Of a stretch of 60,427 nucleotides of DNA, positions 18,114 through 27,366 are shown piece after piece (position 1 is the first letter of the stretch; each line of letters opens with the position of its first letter). A program made the position numbers and the translations under genes. This stretch comes from Candidatus Saganbacteria bacterium (GTDB taxonomy: Bacteria > Margulisbacteria > WOR-1 > XYC2-FULL-46-14): NCBI GenBank assembly GCA_013202975.1, contig JABMQY010000085.1, positions 1 to 60,427 on the forward strand, in the 5' to 3' direction. The notes beneath the pieces were generated by a model. The model ran no database searches, had not been told where the DNA came from, and saw only the letters and a program-made list of their open reading frames with translations.

Positions 18114-19030
18114 TTTCTAAAGTACTCGACAGTCTTTTGGAGGCCGCTCTTGATATCGGTCTTAATAGAGAATCCAAGTTCTCTTTTTATCTTGCTTGGG
18201 TTAAGCAGTGATCGAAAAAGCTCTCCCTGTCGTGGTGGTTTGTAAACGGCCTCTTTTTGAAAGCCCATGATGTTTTTTAATTCTGTAAAAAGAGTATTTA
18301 CAGATGTTGCCTGCCCGGTTCCGACATTATAAGTTTTGTTGTGGCCTTTTTTTAGTGCAATCAGGTTTGCCCGGCATATATCTTTTACAAAAACATAGTC
18401 TCGCAGCTGTTTTCCGTTACCGTAGATAAAAGGCTGTTGATTGTTTTTGAGTTTCCCAATAAAAAGGGCAATAACCCCGGCTTCGCCATAGGGATCCTGG
18501 CGAGGGCCGTAAACATTCCCGTATCTTAATATTGTATATTTTAATCCATAGTTGTACGCATATGCGGATAAATATAGCTCGGCCGATCTTTTGGTTATTG
18601 CATAAGGTGAGATTGGATCGAGCGGGTGGTTTTCGCCAGCTCCCTTTTTTGCGCTTACTTCTCCATAAAGTGCTCCGCCGGTTGAGGCAAAGATAATTTT
18701 TTTTACCTTAAACTTTACGCAGCAATTCAACAGCTCTAGTGTTCCGATCTCATTTACTTTTGCATTATAGATTGGGTCTGTTACCGATTTTCTTACATCA
18801 ATCTGCGCCGCATGGTGGTTAACTATTTCCGGCTTTTCTTTTTTGAATATTTTTTCAAGCGCTTTTCTGTCAGTTATGTCAGCTTTGTAAAACTTTGCTT
18901 TAGAGTTGATGTTTTTCCTGTTGCCCGAGCTCAAATTGTCGACAATTACAACTTTATGTCCTGCATCAATGTATGTGTCGGCAATGTTGGAGCCGATAAA
19001 GCCTGCGCCGCCGGTTAATATGATTTTCAT
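18110..19030 (-). CDS. NAD-dependent epimerase/dehydratase (UDP-glucose 4-epimerase family)
   Basis: MKIILTGGAGFIGSN.. Rossmann motif; YxxxK (..YAITKRSAEL..); short-chain SDR-extended family. Confidence 0.8.
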   Translation of the reverse strand: MKIILTGGAGFIGSNIADTYIDAGHKVVIVDNLSSGNRKNINSKAKFYKADITDRKALEKIFKKEKPEIVNHHAAQIDVRKSVTDPIYNAKVNEIGTLELLNCCVKFKVKKIIFASTGGALYGEVSAKKGAGENHPLDPISPYAITKRSAELYLSAYAYNYGLKYTILRYGNVYGPRQDPYGEAGVIALFIGKLKNNQQPFIYGNGKQLRDYVFVKDICRANLIALKKGHNKTYNVGTGQATSVNTLFTELKNIMGFQKEAVYKPPRQGELFRSLLNPSKIKRELGFSIKTDIKSGLQKTVEYFRK

Positions 19031-19112
19031 TGCTATATAATTTTAGCATAGATGGTTAAAAATTTAATGTGGAATTTTTATGGGAAAGTTGGGTTTGCGG
19101 TATTAGAGCCGA

Positions 19113-19325
19113 TTAATTGCTGTCTACACCCAAATTCATAACCTGCGCCAGCTGGGCTGCGATAGCCTTACTGTCAGTATCACCAAACTGGAGGATATAA
19201 GCTACGGCCCGCTGTATCGGTATTTCTTTGTGAAGTTCTTTTTGTTCTTTTAGGGTTTTAAGTGTCTCTTTTTTGCCGGGTCCGTGAAGGCTGACTACGA
19301 TTCTTTGTAAGTCTAATTCTGTCAT
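19113..19325 (-). CDS. Small hypothetical protein (70 aa)
   Basis: ORF only. Confidence 0.3.
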   Translation of the reverse strand: MTELDLQRIVVSLHGPGKKETLKTLKEQKELHKEIPIQRAVAYILQFGDTDSKAIAAQLAQVMNLGVDSN

Positions 19326-19409
19326 ACCTATCTATCGTTATGAGAGAGAGTAAACTTGCGTGAAATTTTTGTTGGAAAGTGTCGATAAATATATAGGGAG
19401 AACAAGGGA

Positions 19410-20435
19410 ATGCTAAAAAATAAAATAATTGCTTTTGATTTTGACGGAGCACGACTTGGTCGCTCGCTAGCAGAACTATTTAAAGGAATATGTCGCGGAG
19501 AGGGAGTAGATGCGGCACAGCTAAGAGAATCTGGAGTGCCAGTCGCTGCAGTTTTAATAGATAAGGCAATTAAACAAAATAATATAGGAAATCTTTTAGT
19601 AAAAAGTGGATTTATTTTGCCAGATCACGGAGTAATTGATTTGGATAAATTCGATATTAAATCTGATCTCTCTGTGCCTAAGCCCAATATGAATTTTAGG
19701 AGTGCCTTGTCACCAGATCAAGTCTTAGAGTTAGTCGGAGCAAACAAAATCTCAGTGTTGTTTTTGAGTGAATTATTTTCTAGTGGCCTGCTTGCAATAA
19801 GTGTTGAAAAAGGGTACGAATATTCTCTCGTTAAATTTTTTAGTTTTATTAAAGATATGTTAGGACAACTAGATGCCTGTTTTCGCCGTGACGGTGATCC
19901 TGATACTTCTGAAATAAATGACATTTATCAACAAATAGATAGATTAAGTAGAGAGGATTATTCTGGAATAACAATCGTTTGTAATAAGGATTTTATAAGT
20001 AAATATCGATCATTCCTTTATTTGGATGGAGATGTTGAGGTTGTTCCTCTTACTTCTTTATACGGCTTTTTGTCAATCACGACTTCTAATCCTTCAGAGA
20101 TAGTTGGGGAAACGGAATATGTGACAGATTTTTCTTCTAATGATGCTCAAGAGATTCGAAAAAGGGTTTTTAATATTATAAATCTGGCTCTTGAAAAGGG
20201 GACATTTTTAGAAAAGAATCTCGAAAGAATTTCAATGGCCTTGTCTTTCTCTGCAAGTAGCCAAGGGTGGGCGATTGATTCGGAAAGGTTTGTGGTGCAG
20301 GTGAGAGGTATTGTGGGAGGATTGGGGTATTATTATTTTGATGTTAAAGGAAATTATTTTATAAAAATTGACAATCCGGATGATTTGGCTATATTGGAAA
20401 ACCAGCGCTGTTTTTCAAGTATTTCTTTGTGTTAG
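19410..20435 (+). CDS. Hypothetical protein (341 aa)
   Basis: ORF with AGGGAGAA RBS-like sequence upstream; no recognised domain. Confidence 0.5.
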   Translation: MLKNKIIAFDFDGARLGRSLAELFKGICRGEGVDAAQLRESGVPVAAVLIDKAIKQNNIGNLLVKSGFILPDHGVIDLDKFDIKSDLSVPKPNMNFRSALSPDQVLELVGANKISVLFLSELFSSGLLAISVEKGYEYSLVKFFSFIKDMLGQLDACFRRDGDPDTSEINDIYQQIDRLSREDYSGITIVCNKDFISKYRSFLYLDGDVEVVPLTSLYGFLSITTSNPSEIVGETEYVTDFSSNDAQEIRKRVFNIINLALEKGTFLEKNLERISMALSFSASSQGWAIDSERFVVQVRGIVGGLGYYYFDVKGNYFIKIDNPDDLAILENQRCFSSISLC

Positions 20436-20551
20436 GGTCCTTATTCGTTATATCTACACTTTTAAATCTCTACTTCTTCAACCTCTGTCCCTAAAAAAAT
20501 AGCCTGAAATTTTATTTATTTGTACACGAAAGAAAATAGGAGGGAATTAAT

Positions 20552-21370
20552 ATGAAAATAAATTTTAGTAGCTTTACTGGAGTCAATCAGGTTTTATTGT
20601 CTCAAGCGGGTGGAACGATCAGGAAATTGGTTGATGGTGGAGTTCGTGTCCGTCTGGGGGCGAACGAGCGGCCAATCTCAGCAAAAACAACAGAATTATT
20701 GGATGAGCATTTGCCCGGGGGAGTATATGACTATAGGGATATGGTTTTATCGGTGTTGGCAAGTGCGGATCTGGTTCCGGATGGCACTGATAATCTGATA
20801 AAGATTGGCAACGGAGCGAGATTTGGAGAAAGCGGGGCTCTTGAAATGGACCAGGCTGTCATGGCTTTTCATAGTTTAGAATATCCCGAATGGGATAGCC
20901 TGGATGCTGTCCACAAAGATTTTATTACTAATCCTGAAAACGGAAAAGTTCGTTTATCATGGTTTTTGGGGGATATGGCACAGCAGGAGATCCCTCTTTT
21001 ACCAGACATTACTACGGATCAGGAAGAAGCTTCGAGGCTGATGTCTATGGGGAGGGTCTGGATGCCGGTGGGATTAACAAGTACTTTTTTTCGGGATAGA
21101 CAGGTTAAAGTAATGGGACTCAGGTTAAAGGGTGTATATACCGGTGTATCAATATTTGGTTCTTTTTGGGGAACACATTTGCAAGGCCTTAATTTAAAAG
21201 CGGGACTTCCTTTTGGGAGTATGCGCTATAAAGTTGAAGCGCTGGATTTACAGGTAACCGGCCATGGAATAAATATCCAAACTAGTCCGGAGGAAGGGCA
21301 GGGGATTCTTAATACGGTGTTAGATTTGGCAGGGATTGAATCGATATGGGTGACGCGAAAAACAGACTAA
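20552..21370 (+). CDS. Hypothetical protein (272 aa)
   Basis: ORF with AGGAGGG RBS upstream; no recognised domain. Confidence 0.55.
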   Translation: MKINFSSFTGVNQVLLSQAGGTIRKLVDGGVRVRLGANERPISAKTTELLDEHLPGGVYDYRDMVLSVLASADLVPDGTDNLIKIGNGARFGESGALEMDQAVMAFHSLEYPEWDSLDAVHKDFITNPENGKVRLSWFLGDMAQQEIPLLPDITTDQEEASRLMSMGRVWMPVGLTSTFFRDRQVKVMGLRLKGVYTGVSIFGSFWGTHLQGLNLKAGLPFGSMRYKVEALDLQVTGHGINIQTSPEEGQGILNTVLDLAGIESIWVTRKTD

Positions 21371-22875
21371 CCGTTATACCTATACTTTAAAACTTCCCCT
21401 TCTTCTACCTCAATCATATGATAAGGGAAGAATACATTTGTGTCGGTTTCGCGGATTGCGAGGTCGGTCAGGCGTACTTCAAGATTTAAATCAGCAGGGA
21501 TGACTTTTAGTTCCTTGTGGTGATTTCCGTTCATTGGGTGGGACCAGTTTTCTATTATTTTTGAGATAACTTCCCTTTTTCCGTCAAACTCTTCTCCGAA
21601 TTCAGTTAGAATTGCCAGCAAAGGCTGTCCCAGCCGGGCCTCTTTTAAAAGATTAATGCATCCGCACATACCCAAATGCTGAGAGAGCAGTTTTCCTTCT
21701 TCTTTTTCTATTGAACCGATATTTAATAATAACAGCTGGACGTCTTTATAGGACCTTCCCATGCGTTCCGTATAGCGGGTGTCGCCGGTTATGCCGATTT
21801 TTAGTAGATTTCCATCCTTGTTCATAATATTGGTTTCCATAATTACTCCGATTGCGGATTCCTGGTTGGTCCATCGCTCTTTGTGATAGGCGGGAAGAAC
21901 CTTAAGCGAAAAGCCGTATTTTTCTTCCAAACTTTCTCCCTCAATTTCACTAACGGTATTTCCCGGGACTAAAAGCTTAAAGTTGATTTCTCTGTTGCCT
22001 AATAAATCTGTGGCCGAAAGCAGGCCGTGAAACTTGAGCAGTGTTCCGGCCGATCCAAAAATATCCAGTACCTTGCTTTTTCTTTCGTGATTATGGTCGT
22101 TATGTTTTGCCAGGAGAGAAAGGATTCCTTCAACCGATTCTGTATGGTCATCATGATCGTGAGTAATTATTATTGCATCAAGATCTGCAATGCCAAGCCC
22201 CAGGTCCCTGAAAATGTTGAAAAAGTCATATCCCGGATCGATTGCAATCCCTTTTACTGCCCCTCTTTTTCCTCTTAATGTGAAAAAGTATCCTCCCCCC
22301 TGGGATGGTCCGTGGGAATAGAGCGGGGTGGCAGAATTCCATTTGTGGATTGTCCTCAGGACGTTTGCTCCGATCTTATATTCTAAACTGCGCGGTTTGT
22401 TTAAATTGTGGATCAGGTTTTTCTGGTTTTTGATGATTATTTCCTTGGTCGGAAAGATTATTTTTTCCATGTAGTGCAGAGCCGAGGCAGAGGGGGAGTC
22501 GTATTTCTTGGCATGCAGATCATACTGCTGGGCAACCCTAAAGTCTGCATGGGCTTCTTTGTGGCGTCCCTGAAGAAATTTTGCAATGCCCCTGTAATAT
22601 GCCGCTTCTCCATAATCATGATGGTGAGAACGCATGATCTTAAACATTAAATCATAAATTTGTTCGGCTTCTTTATAAAGAGTATCATTTATACACAAAA
22701 AACCGATCGAGTGCCAGTCTTTTTTATCCTGCGGCTTTGATTTTTCAAAACTGTGGAGGATGTTTTTGATGTTTTGCGTAATCCATTGATGACGAGCATC
22801 ATACGACAGGCGTTTTAGGTTTTCCCAAGTTTCTACTTTTGTTTCATCAAGATGGCTCTTGATTAACTGGTACAT
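21367..22875 (-). CDS. Metallo-beta-lactamase-fold hydrolase with N-terminal helical/TPR-like extension
   Basis: HxHxDH metal-binding motif (..AIIITHDHDDHTESVEG..) plus downstream His/Asp residues. Confidence 0.65.
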   Translation of the reverse strand: MYQLIKSHLDETKVETWENLKRLSYDARHQWITQNIKNILHSFEKSKPQDKKDWHSIGFLCINDTLYKEAEQIYDLMFKIMRSHHHDYGEAAYYRGIAKFLQGRHKEAHADFRVAQQYDLHAKKYDSPSASALHYMEKIIFPTKEIIIKNQKNLIHNLNKPRSLEYKIGANVLRTIHKWNSATPLYSHGPSQGGGYFFTLRGKRGAVKGIAIDPGYDFFNIFRDLGLGIADLDAIIITHDHDDHTESVEGILSLLAKHNDHNHERKSKVLDIFGSAGTLLKFHGLLSATDLLGNREINFKLLVPGNTVSEIEGESLEEKYGFSLKVLPAYHKERWTNQESAIGVIMETNIMNKDGNLLKIGITGDTRYTERMGRSYKDVQLLLLNIGSIEKEEGKLLSQHLGMCGCINLLKEARLGQPLLAILTEFGEEFDGKREVISKIIENWSHPMNGNHHKELKVIPADLNLEVRLTDLAIRETDTNVFFPYHMIEVEEGEVLKYRYNG

Positions 22876-24108
22876 CTAGATTTTCCAGGTCGCGCCCAGG
22901 ATTTGGGTGCGATTGAATGATCCGGCAAGATAGGCGTAATCGATAACGAGCGGTCCGACCGCGATACCAATACCGGCGGTTTTACTGTTGTCGTGCAGTC
23001 CGGCGCGCAAAGCTACTCCCCCCATCGGTCTTGCTTCTACTCCATAGTGCATGGCTGATGAGCGGTTATTTTGTTCAAAAATATTTTTTAGGTCTGCCGC
23101 AATTGTTACCTGGGGCAGGGGAGTTATTGCAATACCGGCGTTTACGTTCATTCCATAGGTAGCAACTGCACCGTTGTCAAAATGAATATCGGTGGTAAGT
23201 AAATCCTTTGCGGTAATTCCAAAAGCAACTTCATCAACCGGGCGGGCAATCATCCCCAGATCAAGTGATCCTCCAAATCCTTTGGTTTTTACGCTTGGTA
23301 TTTCAAGATCATAAATGTTTAAGTTTGCGCCAATGGCAACCCTCTCTTCATATCCGGAGGCAAGGCTTAAGCTGTACCAGCTGGTATTTTGGTCAAGGGT
23401 GGAGTTTTTATCAAAAACCCAGGTTAATCCAATGGCAAACTGGGCTTTACCTTCAGGACTGTATTTTTTGTGGTGGTGTCTTCTCTCCCAGTAAGAGGGC
23501 CTATAATAGTTATGGCTATACCAGGGGTTTCTTAGTCCCCACAAAAATCCTTCCTTTGCTGCTCCGGCCGCTTCTTTTCCAAAAGAAACTGCAGATTTAG
23601 CTGTTTCCTTGGCTGCCTTTTTTGCCGCCTGCTTTGCTTTTTGTTTGGCCTCTTTTTTTACATCCCTGACCTTTTCAGAACCTTTTGCTTTTACTTTTTC
23701 AGACAAACTTTCTTCTTTTTCTGATTTATCAACATCCCTGCCCCAGCCTTTTTTTACAACACCCTGGTCAGATAAGAACTGCGCTCCCTGAAAAGCCAGC
23801 ATCGAGGCTGCTCCAATCCCAAGGATCCAGGCAAAGGGATTCATTTCTACTTCAAGGCACATTTTCATTGCGGCCAGATTTTCACCGATGGTTTGATTGC
23901 GGTTTGTAATTGCAGTTGAGCCGGTAATGTCTACTCCTGGATTAAGGGCCATTCCGGCCGGGTTATAGTAGGCAGCGTTAGCATCATCGGATATTGCGGT
24001 AAATGCACCGCCCATCCCCATCGGCCTGGTTCCGTAAAAAGCATAGGCGCTTTGGAGGCTTACTACAACTATTATAACAATTGATTTAACCAGGAGTTTA
24101 TTTTTCAC
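22876..24108 (-). CDS. Second FadL/PorV-like outer-membrane protein with a Lys/Glu/Ala-rich low-complexity insert
   Basis: ..YGTRPMGMGGAFTAISDDANAAYYNPAGMAL.. has the same hatch signature as ORF 11495. Track ORF begins at a TTG (24147). GTG at 24108 gives a classical signal peptide MKNKLLVKSIVIIVVVSLQSAYA. Insert ..KSEKEESLSEKVKAKGSEKVRDVKKEAKQKAKQAAKKAAKETAKS... Confidence 0.65.
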   Translation of the reverse strand: MKNKLLVKSIVIIVVVSLQSAYAFYGTRPMGMGGAFTAISDDANAAYYNPAGMALNPGVDITGSTAITNRNQTIGENLAAMKMCLEVEMNPFAWILGIGAASMLAFQGAQFLSDQGVVKKGWGRDVDKSEKEESLSEKVKAKGSEKVRDVKKEAKQKAKQAAKKAAKETAKSAVSFGKEAAGAAKEGFLWGLRNPWYSHNYYRPSYWERRHHHKKYSPEGKAQFAIGLTWVFDKNSTLDQNTSWYSLSLASGYEERVAIGANLNIYDLEIPSVKTKGFGGSLDLGMIARPVDEVAFGITAKDLLTTDIHFDNGAVATYGMNVNAGIAITPLPQVTIAADLKNIFEQNNRSSAMHYGVEARPMGGVALRAGLHDNSKTAGIGIAVGPLVIDYAYLAGSFNRTQILGATWKI

Positions 24109-24192
24109 ACTTGCTATGATAATAGCAAATGCCTCTTGCAGAGTCAATAAATCAAATGTTAGAATGGCTAGAACTTAACCCTGGAGGTAATT

Positions 24193-24783
24193 ATGATAAT
24201 TGATCGAGTAAAGAAGCTTATTTTGTCCCCGGCAGAAGCCTGGAAGGAAATTGCTGCAGAAGAGAGTTCAATAAAATCTCTTTTTTTGAAGTATGCCATA
24301 TTTTTGGCCTTAATTCCCGCTCTTTCGATGATAGTTGGGTTTGGTGTTGTAGGACTCCGAATTGGACCGGCTTATTATCACATGCCGATTAATACCGCAT
24401 TATATTCTGCCCTTGTCTCGTTCGTTGTTTATTTGCTCGGAGTTTTTTCAGCCGGGTTTATTTTTGATTTTATCGGGCAGTATTTTTCTGCAGAAAGTAA
24501 CCTTAAACAGGCGATGAAGCTTTCGGTCTATTCATCAACTCCATTTTTTCTTGCCGGGATATTTTCCATTATCCCCTCAATGAGTTTTTTATCAATAATA
24601 GGGCTCTACTCTGTTTATCTTTTGTATCTGGGGATTCCTGCCTTATTGAAAGTGCCCGAGGATAAAATAATGCCCTTCACCGTAACTGTGATCATGGCAG
24701 CAATAATTTTGGGGTTTTTATTGAGCGGAGTTGTAAATCGATTTGCTTACGGCCCGATATATTTAGACCGGCTAACATATTAA
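24193..24783 (+). CDS. Yip1-domain-like integral membrane protein
   Basis: ~196 aa, cytosolic N-terminus then 5 predicted TM helices; pattern resembles the Yip1/DUF1282 family. Confidence 0.45.
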   Translation: MIIDRVKKLILSPAEAWKEIAAEESSIKSLFLKYAIFLALIPALSMIVGFGVVGLRIGPAYYHMPINTALYSALVSFVVYLLGVFSAGFIFDFIGQYFSAESNLKQAMKLSVYSSTPFFLAGIFSIIPSMSFLSIIGLYSVYLLYLGIPALLKVPEDKIMPFTVTVIMAAIILGFLLSGVVNRFAYGPIYLDRLTY

Positions 24784-24786
24784 AAA

Positions 24787-26388
24787 ATGAATCTTAGAAA
24801 TTTATTTTTTCAATCTGCCTTAAATTATAAAGACCAGACTGCTTTTCAGATAAAACAAGGAAAGACTTATAAGAAGTTTAGCTATTCTGAGGCAGGGCAA
24901 AAAATACTTTCTTTGGCTGACCATCTTCTTTCTCTGGGGATCAAGAAGGGGGATTGTGTTGCGATCCTTTCTGAGAATCGTCCGGAGTGGGCAATATCCT
25001 ATCTTGCAATAGCTTCGATTGCTGCAGTAGTTGTCCCATTAGACATAATGCTCCATAAATCTGATATTTTGCCGCTCCTGAAAGATTGCGGGGCAAAAGC
25101 AATTATTCTCTCGTCCCGCGGCGGAGAAATTTTGGGAGAAGAATTAAACCAGAAAAGGATAAAGATTGAAAGCATAGAGAGCCTGACAGAAATAAAATCT
25201 GCTGAATTCTTAAACCAGATCCCTTTGCAGGCAGATGATCTGGCAGCGATTCTCTATACATCGGGGACTACCGGCAGCCCCAAGGGGGTTATGCTCAGCC
25301 ATAAGAATATTATGTCAAATGTTTTGGCGGTTTCTGAGATTTTTAGTGTGGGACCAAAGGATAACTTTTTATCTATTTTGCCGCTTCATCATGCTTTTGA
25401 GGCAACCGCCGGTTTTTTGTGTCCCTTTTATAACGGGGTTTGTATCACTTATGCCGAGAGCCTCAAATCATATAATCTATTGGCCAATATGAAGGAGACA
25501 GGGGTAACTATAATGTGCGGAGTGCCCCTTTTGTACAAATTGTTTTTGGACGGGATTAAGCGTGAGGTGGAGGCAAAGGGGCGGGGGATGAATGTGCTTT
25601 TTAATTTGCTCCTAATACTGGCACGCATTATTCCGTTGCAGTCTTTCAGGAGAAAATTGTTTTCCACCGTGCACAAGAGTTTTGGGGGCAGGGTCAGGTT
25701 TTGGGTCAGCGGCGGGGCGGCCATTGATCCGGAGGTGATTAAAGGATTTAGTCTTCTTGGTATTCCTATCCTGCAGGGATATGGATTAACGGAATCTTCT
25801 CCGATTCTTAACTGTAATACGCCAAAGTGTAATAAGGTAGGATCGGTTGGCCGCAATATTCCGGGGGTTGAGGTGAGGATAGAGCCACGCCATGGCGTGG
25901 CTATACCGGAGGGCGAAGTCCTGGCCCGGGGGCCAAGTATTATGAGCGGGTATTACAAACGGCCCGATATAACTTCTCAGGTTCTAAAGGACGGCTGGCT
26001 TTATACCGGGGATATCGGCCGCATAGATTCAAAAGGCTTTCTTTATATTACCGGCAGATGCAAGGATGTTATTGTCACCGGCTCCGGGGTAAACGTTTTT
26101 CCGGAAGAGCTGGAGTTTTTGCTGATGAAGGTAAAGGATGTTAAGGATGTTTGTGTTGTTGGCGCAAAAGTAAAAGATGGGATCAGGGCAGGGACCGAAC
26201 AGGTTATTGCTATCCTGGTTCCTGAGGAGGGAAAAGAGATAGAAGAAGACGATATTTATGCCTTAAATGGTAAATTGCCCGAATTTAAACGCATTGCCCG
26301 TGTTATTATTAGAAAAGAGGAATTTCCGAAAACTACTACCCGCAAAATCAAAAAATATCAGGTTAAAAAAGAGATGGGATTATTATGA
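24787..26388 (+). CDS. AMP-dependent synthetase/ligase (long-chain acyl-CoA / acyl-ACP synthetase-like)
   Basis: AMP-binding motif ..LYTSGTTGSPKGVMLSH..; ..GWLYTGDIGRIDSKGFLYITGR..; C-terminal ..TTTRKIKK... Confidence 0.85.
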   Translation: MNLRNLFFQSALNYKDQTAFQIKQGKTYKKFSYSEAGQKILSLADHLLSLGIKKGDCVAILSENRPEWAISYLAIASIAAVVVPLDIMLHKSDILPLLKDCGAKAIILSSRGGEILGEELNQKRIKIESIESLTEIKSAEFLNQIPLQADDLAAILYTSGTTGSPKGVMLSHKNIMSNVLAVSEIFSVGPKDNFLSILPLHHAFEATAGFLCPFYNGVCITYAESLKSYNLLANMKETGVTIMCGVPLLYKLFLDGIKREVEAKGRGMNVLFNLLLILARIIPLQSFRRKLFSTVHKSFGGRVRFWVSGGAAIDPEVIKGFSLLGIPILQGYGLTESSPILNCNTPKCNKVGSVGRNIPGVEVRIEPRHGVAIPEGEVLARGPSIMSGYYKRPDITSQVLKDGWLYTGDIGRIDSKGFLYITGRCKDVIVTGSGVNVFPEELEFLLMKVKDVKDVCVVGAKVKDGIRAGTEQVIAILVPEEGKEIEEDDIYALNGKLPEFKRIARVIIRKEEFPKTTTRKIKKYQVKKEMGLL

Positions 26389-26624
26389 CAGAAAATATGG
26401 AAGCCGAGTTAAGGGCGTTAATTGCAAGGGTTGTGAAAATTCCGGAAGAGAAGGTTACGCTTGATGCCAACCTGTTTTCTGATTTAGGGATTGATTCCCT
26501 GCTGGGGGTTGAGATATTTGCCGCTCTGGATCAGAAATATCAGATTGACATTCCGGAAGATAAACTGCGCGATGTCAAAACGCTGCGGGATATCCTTGCT
26601 CTGGTAGAGGGATTAAAAAAGTAG
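26385..26624 (+). CDS. Acyl carrier protein
   Basis: 79 aa with ..LGIDSLLGVEIFAALDQ.. phosphopantetheine-attachment DSL motif. Start overlaps the upstream ligase by 4 nt. Confidence 0.8.
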   Translation: MTENMEAELRALIARVVKIPEEKVTLDANLFSDLGIDSLLGVEIFAALDQKYQIDIPEDKLRDVKTLRDILALVEGLKK

Positions 26625-26625
26625 G

Positions 26626-27366
26626 ATGGCTGCCGGCACTTCTTCATATTGGCGCAAGCTTCTGGGGCTGGATCAGCCGGCAGATAAAGATGTTTTTAAA
26701 AAGATACATTCTCCGCATGAAGTATTGAGACCCTTATTTTATTTTCTTTTTGGTCTTCTCTCCCGGCTGCTTTTTCCAATCAAGGTTTATGGTATTGAAA
26801 ATATTCCAAAGCCTCCCTATATAATTTCTCCAAATCACACCAGTGCTTTGGATTTTGCAGTTGTTGCTTTGTGTATTGGGCCAAAGCATAGAAAACAGCT
26901 TTATCCCCTGGCAAGCAAATTCTTCTACGATCATCTGTTCCCAAGGTTTTTTATGCGTACAGCTGCAAATATAGTAAGGATTGATACTGACCAGGCCTTT
27001 TTTCCTGCTTTGAGGGAAGCAGGATCTATTTTACGGTTAGGCCGGTCGGTTTGTATCTATCCCGAGGGCACTCGATCACAAACAGGAGAGCTCTTACCCT
27101 TTAAGGTAGGGGTGGGGATTTTGGCGGTAGAGGCTAATGTTCCGATTGTTCCGGTTTATACCAAAGGGATTTATGAGATTTTGCCGAGCGGTGCGCTAAT
27201 GTTTCGACCTGGTAAAATTAGTATCCATTTTGGTAAGCCGATTGATCCTAAACCTTATATTGGGAAGATTAAAACTACGCAGGCATATGATGTTTATAAA
27301 GAGATTACGGATAATCTTAGGGCTGAGATTCTAAAACTTCTCGATAAAGCTCGACATATTTATTAG
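26626..27366 (+). CDS. 1-acyl-sn-glycerol-3-phosphate (lysophospholipid) acyltransferase, PlsC family
   Basis: HX4D motif (..ISPNHTSALDFAVV..) and ..YPEGTRS.. motif. Confidence 0.8.
   Translation: MAAGTSSYWRKLLGLDQPADKDVFKKIHSPHEVLRPLFYFLFGLLSRLLFPIKVYGIENIPKPPYIISPNHTSALDFAVVALCIGPKHRKQLYPLASKFFYDHLFPRFFMRTAANIVRIDTDQAFFPALREAGSILRLGRSVCIYPEGTRSQTGELLPFKVGVGILAVEANVPIVPVYTKGIYEILPSGALMFRPGKISIHFGKPIDPKPYIGKIKTTQAYDVYKEITDNLRAEILKLLDKARHIY

Noticed and set aside
17938-18120. 60-aa plus-strand ORF overlapping the SLH-porin N-terminus
   Set aside because: Antisense to a signal-peptide-coding tandem repeat; product is low complexity.
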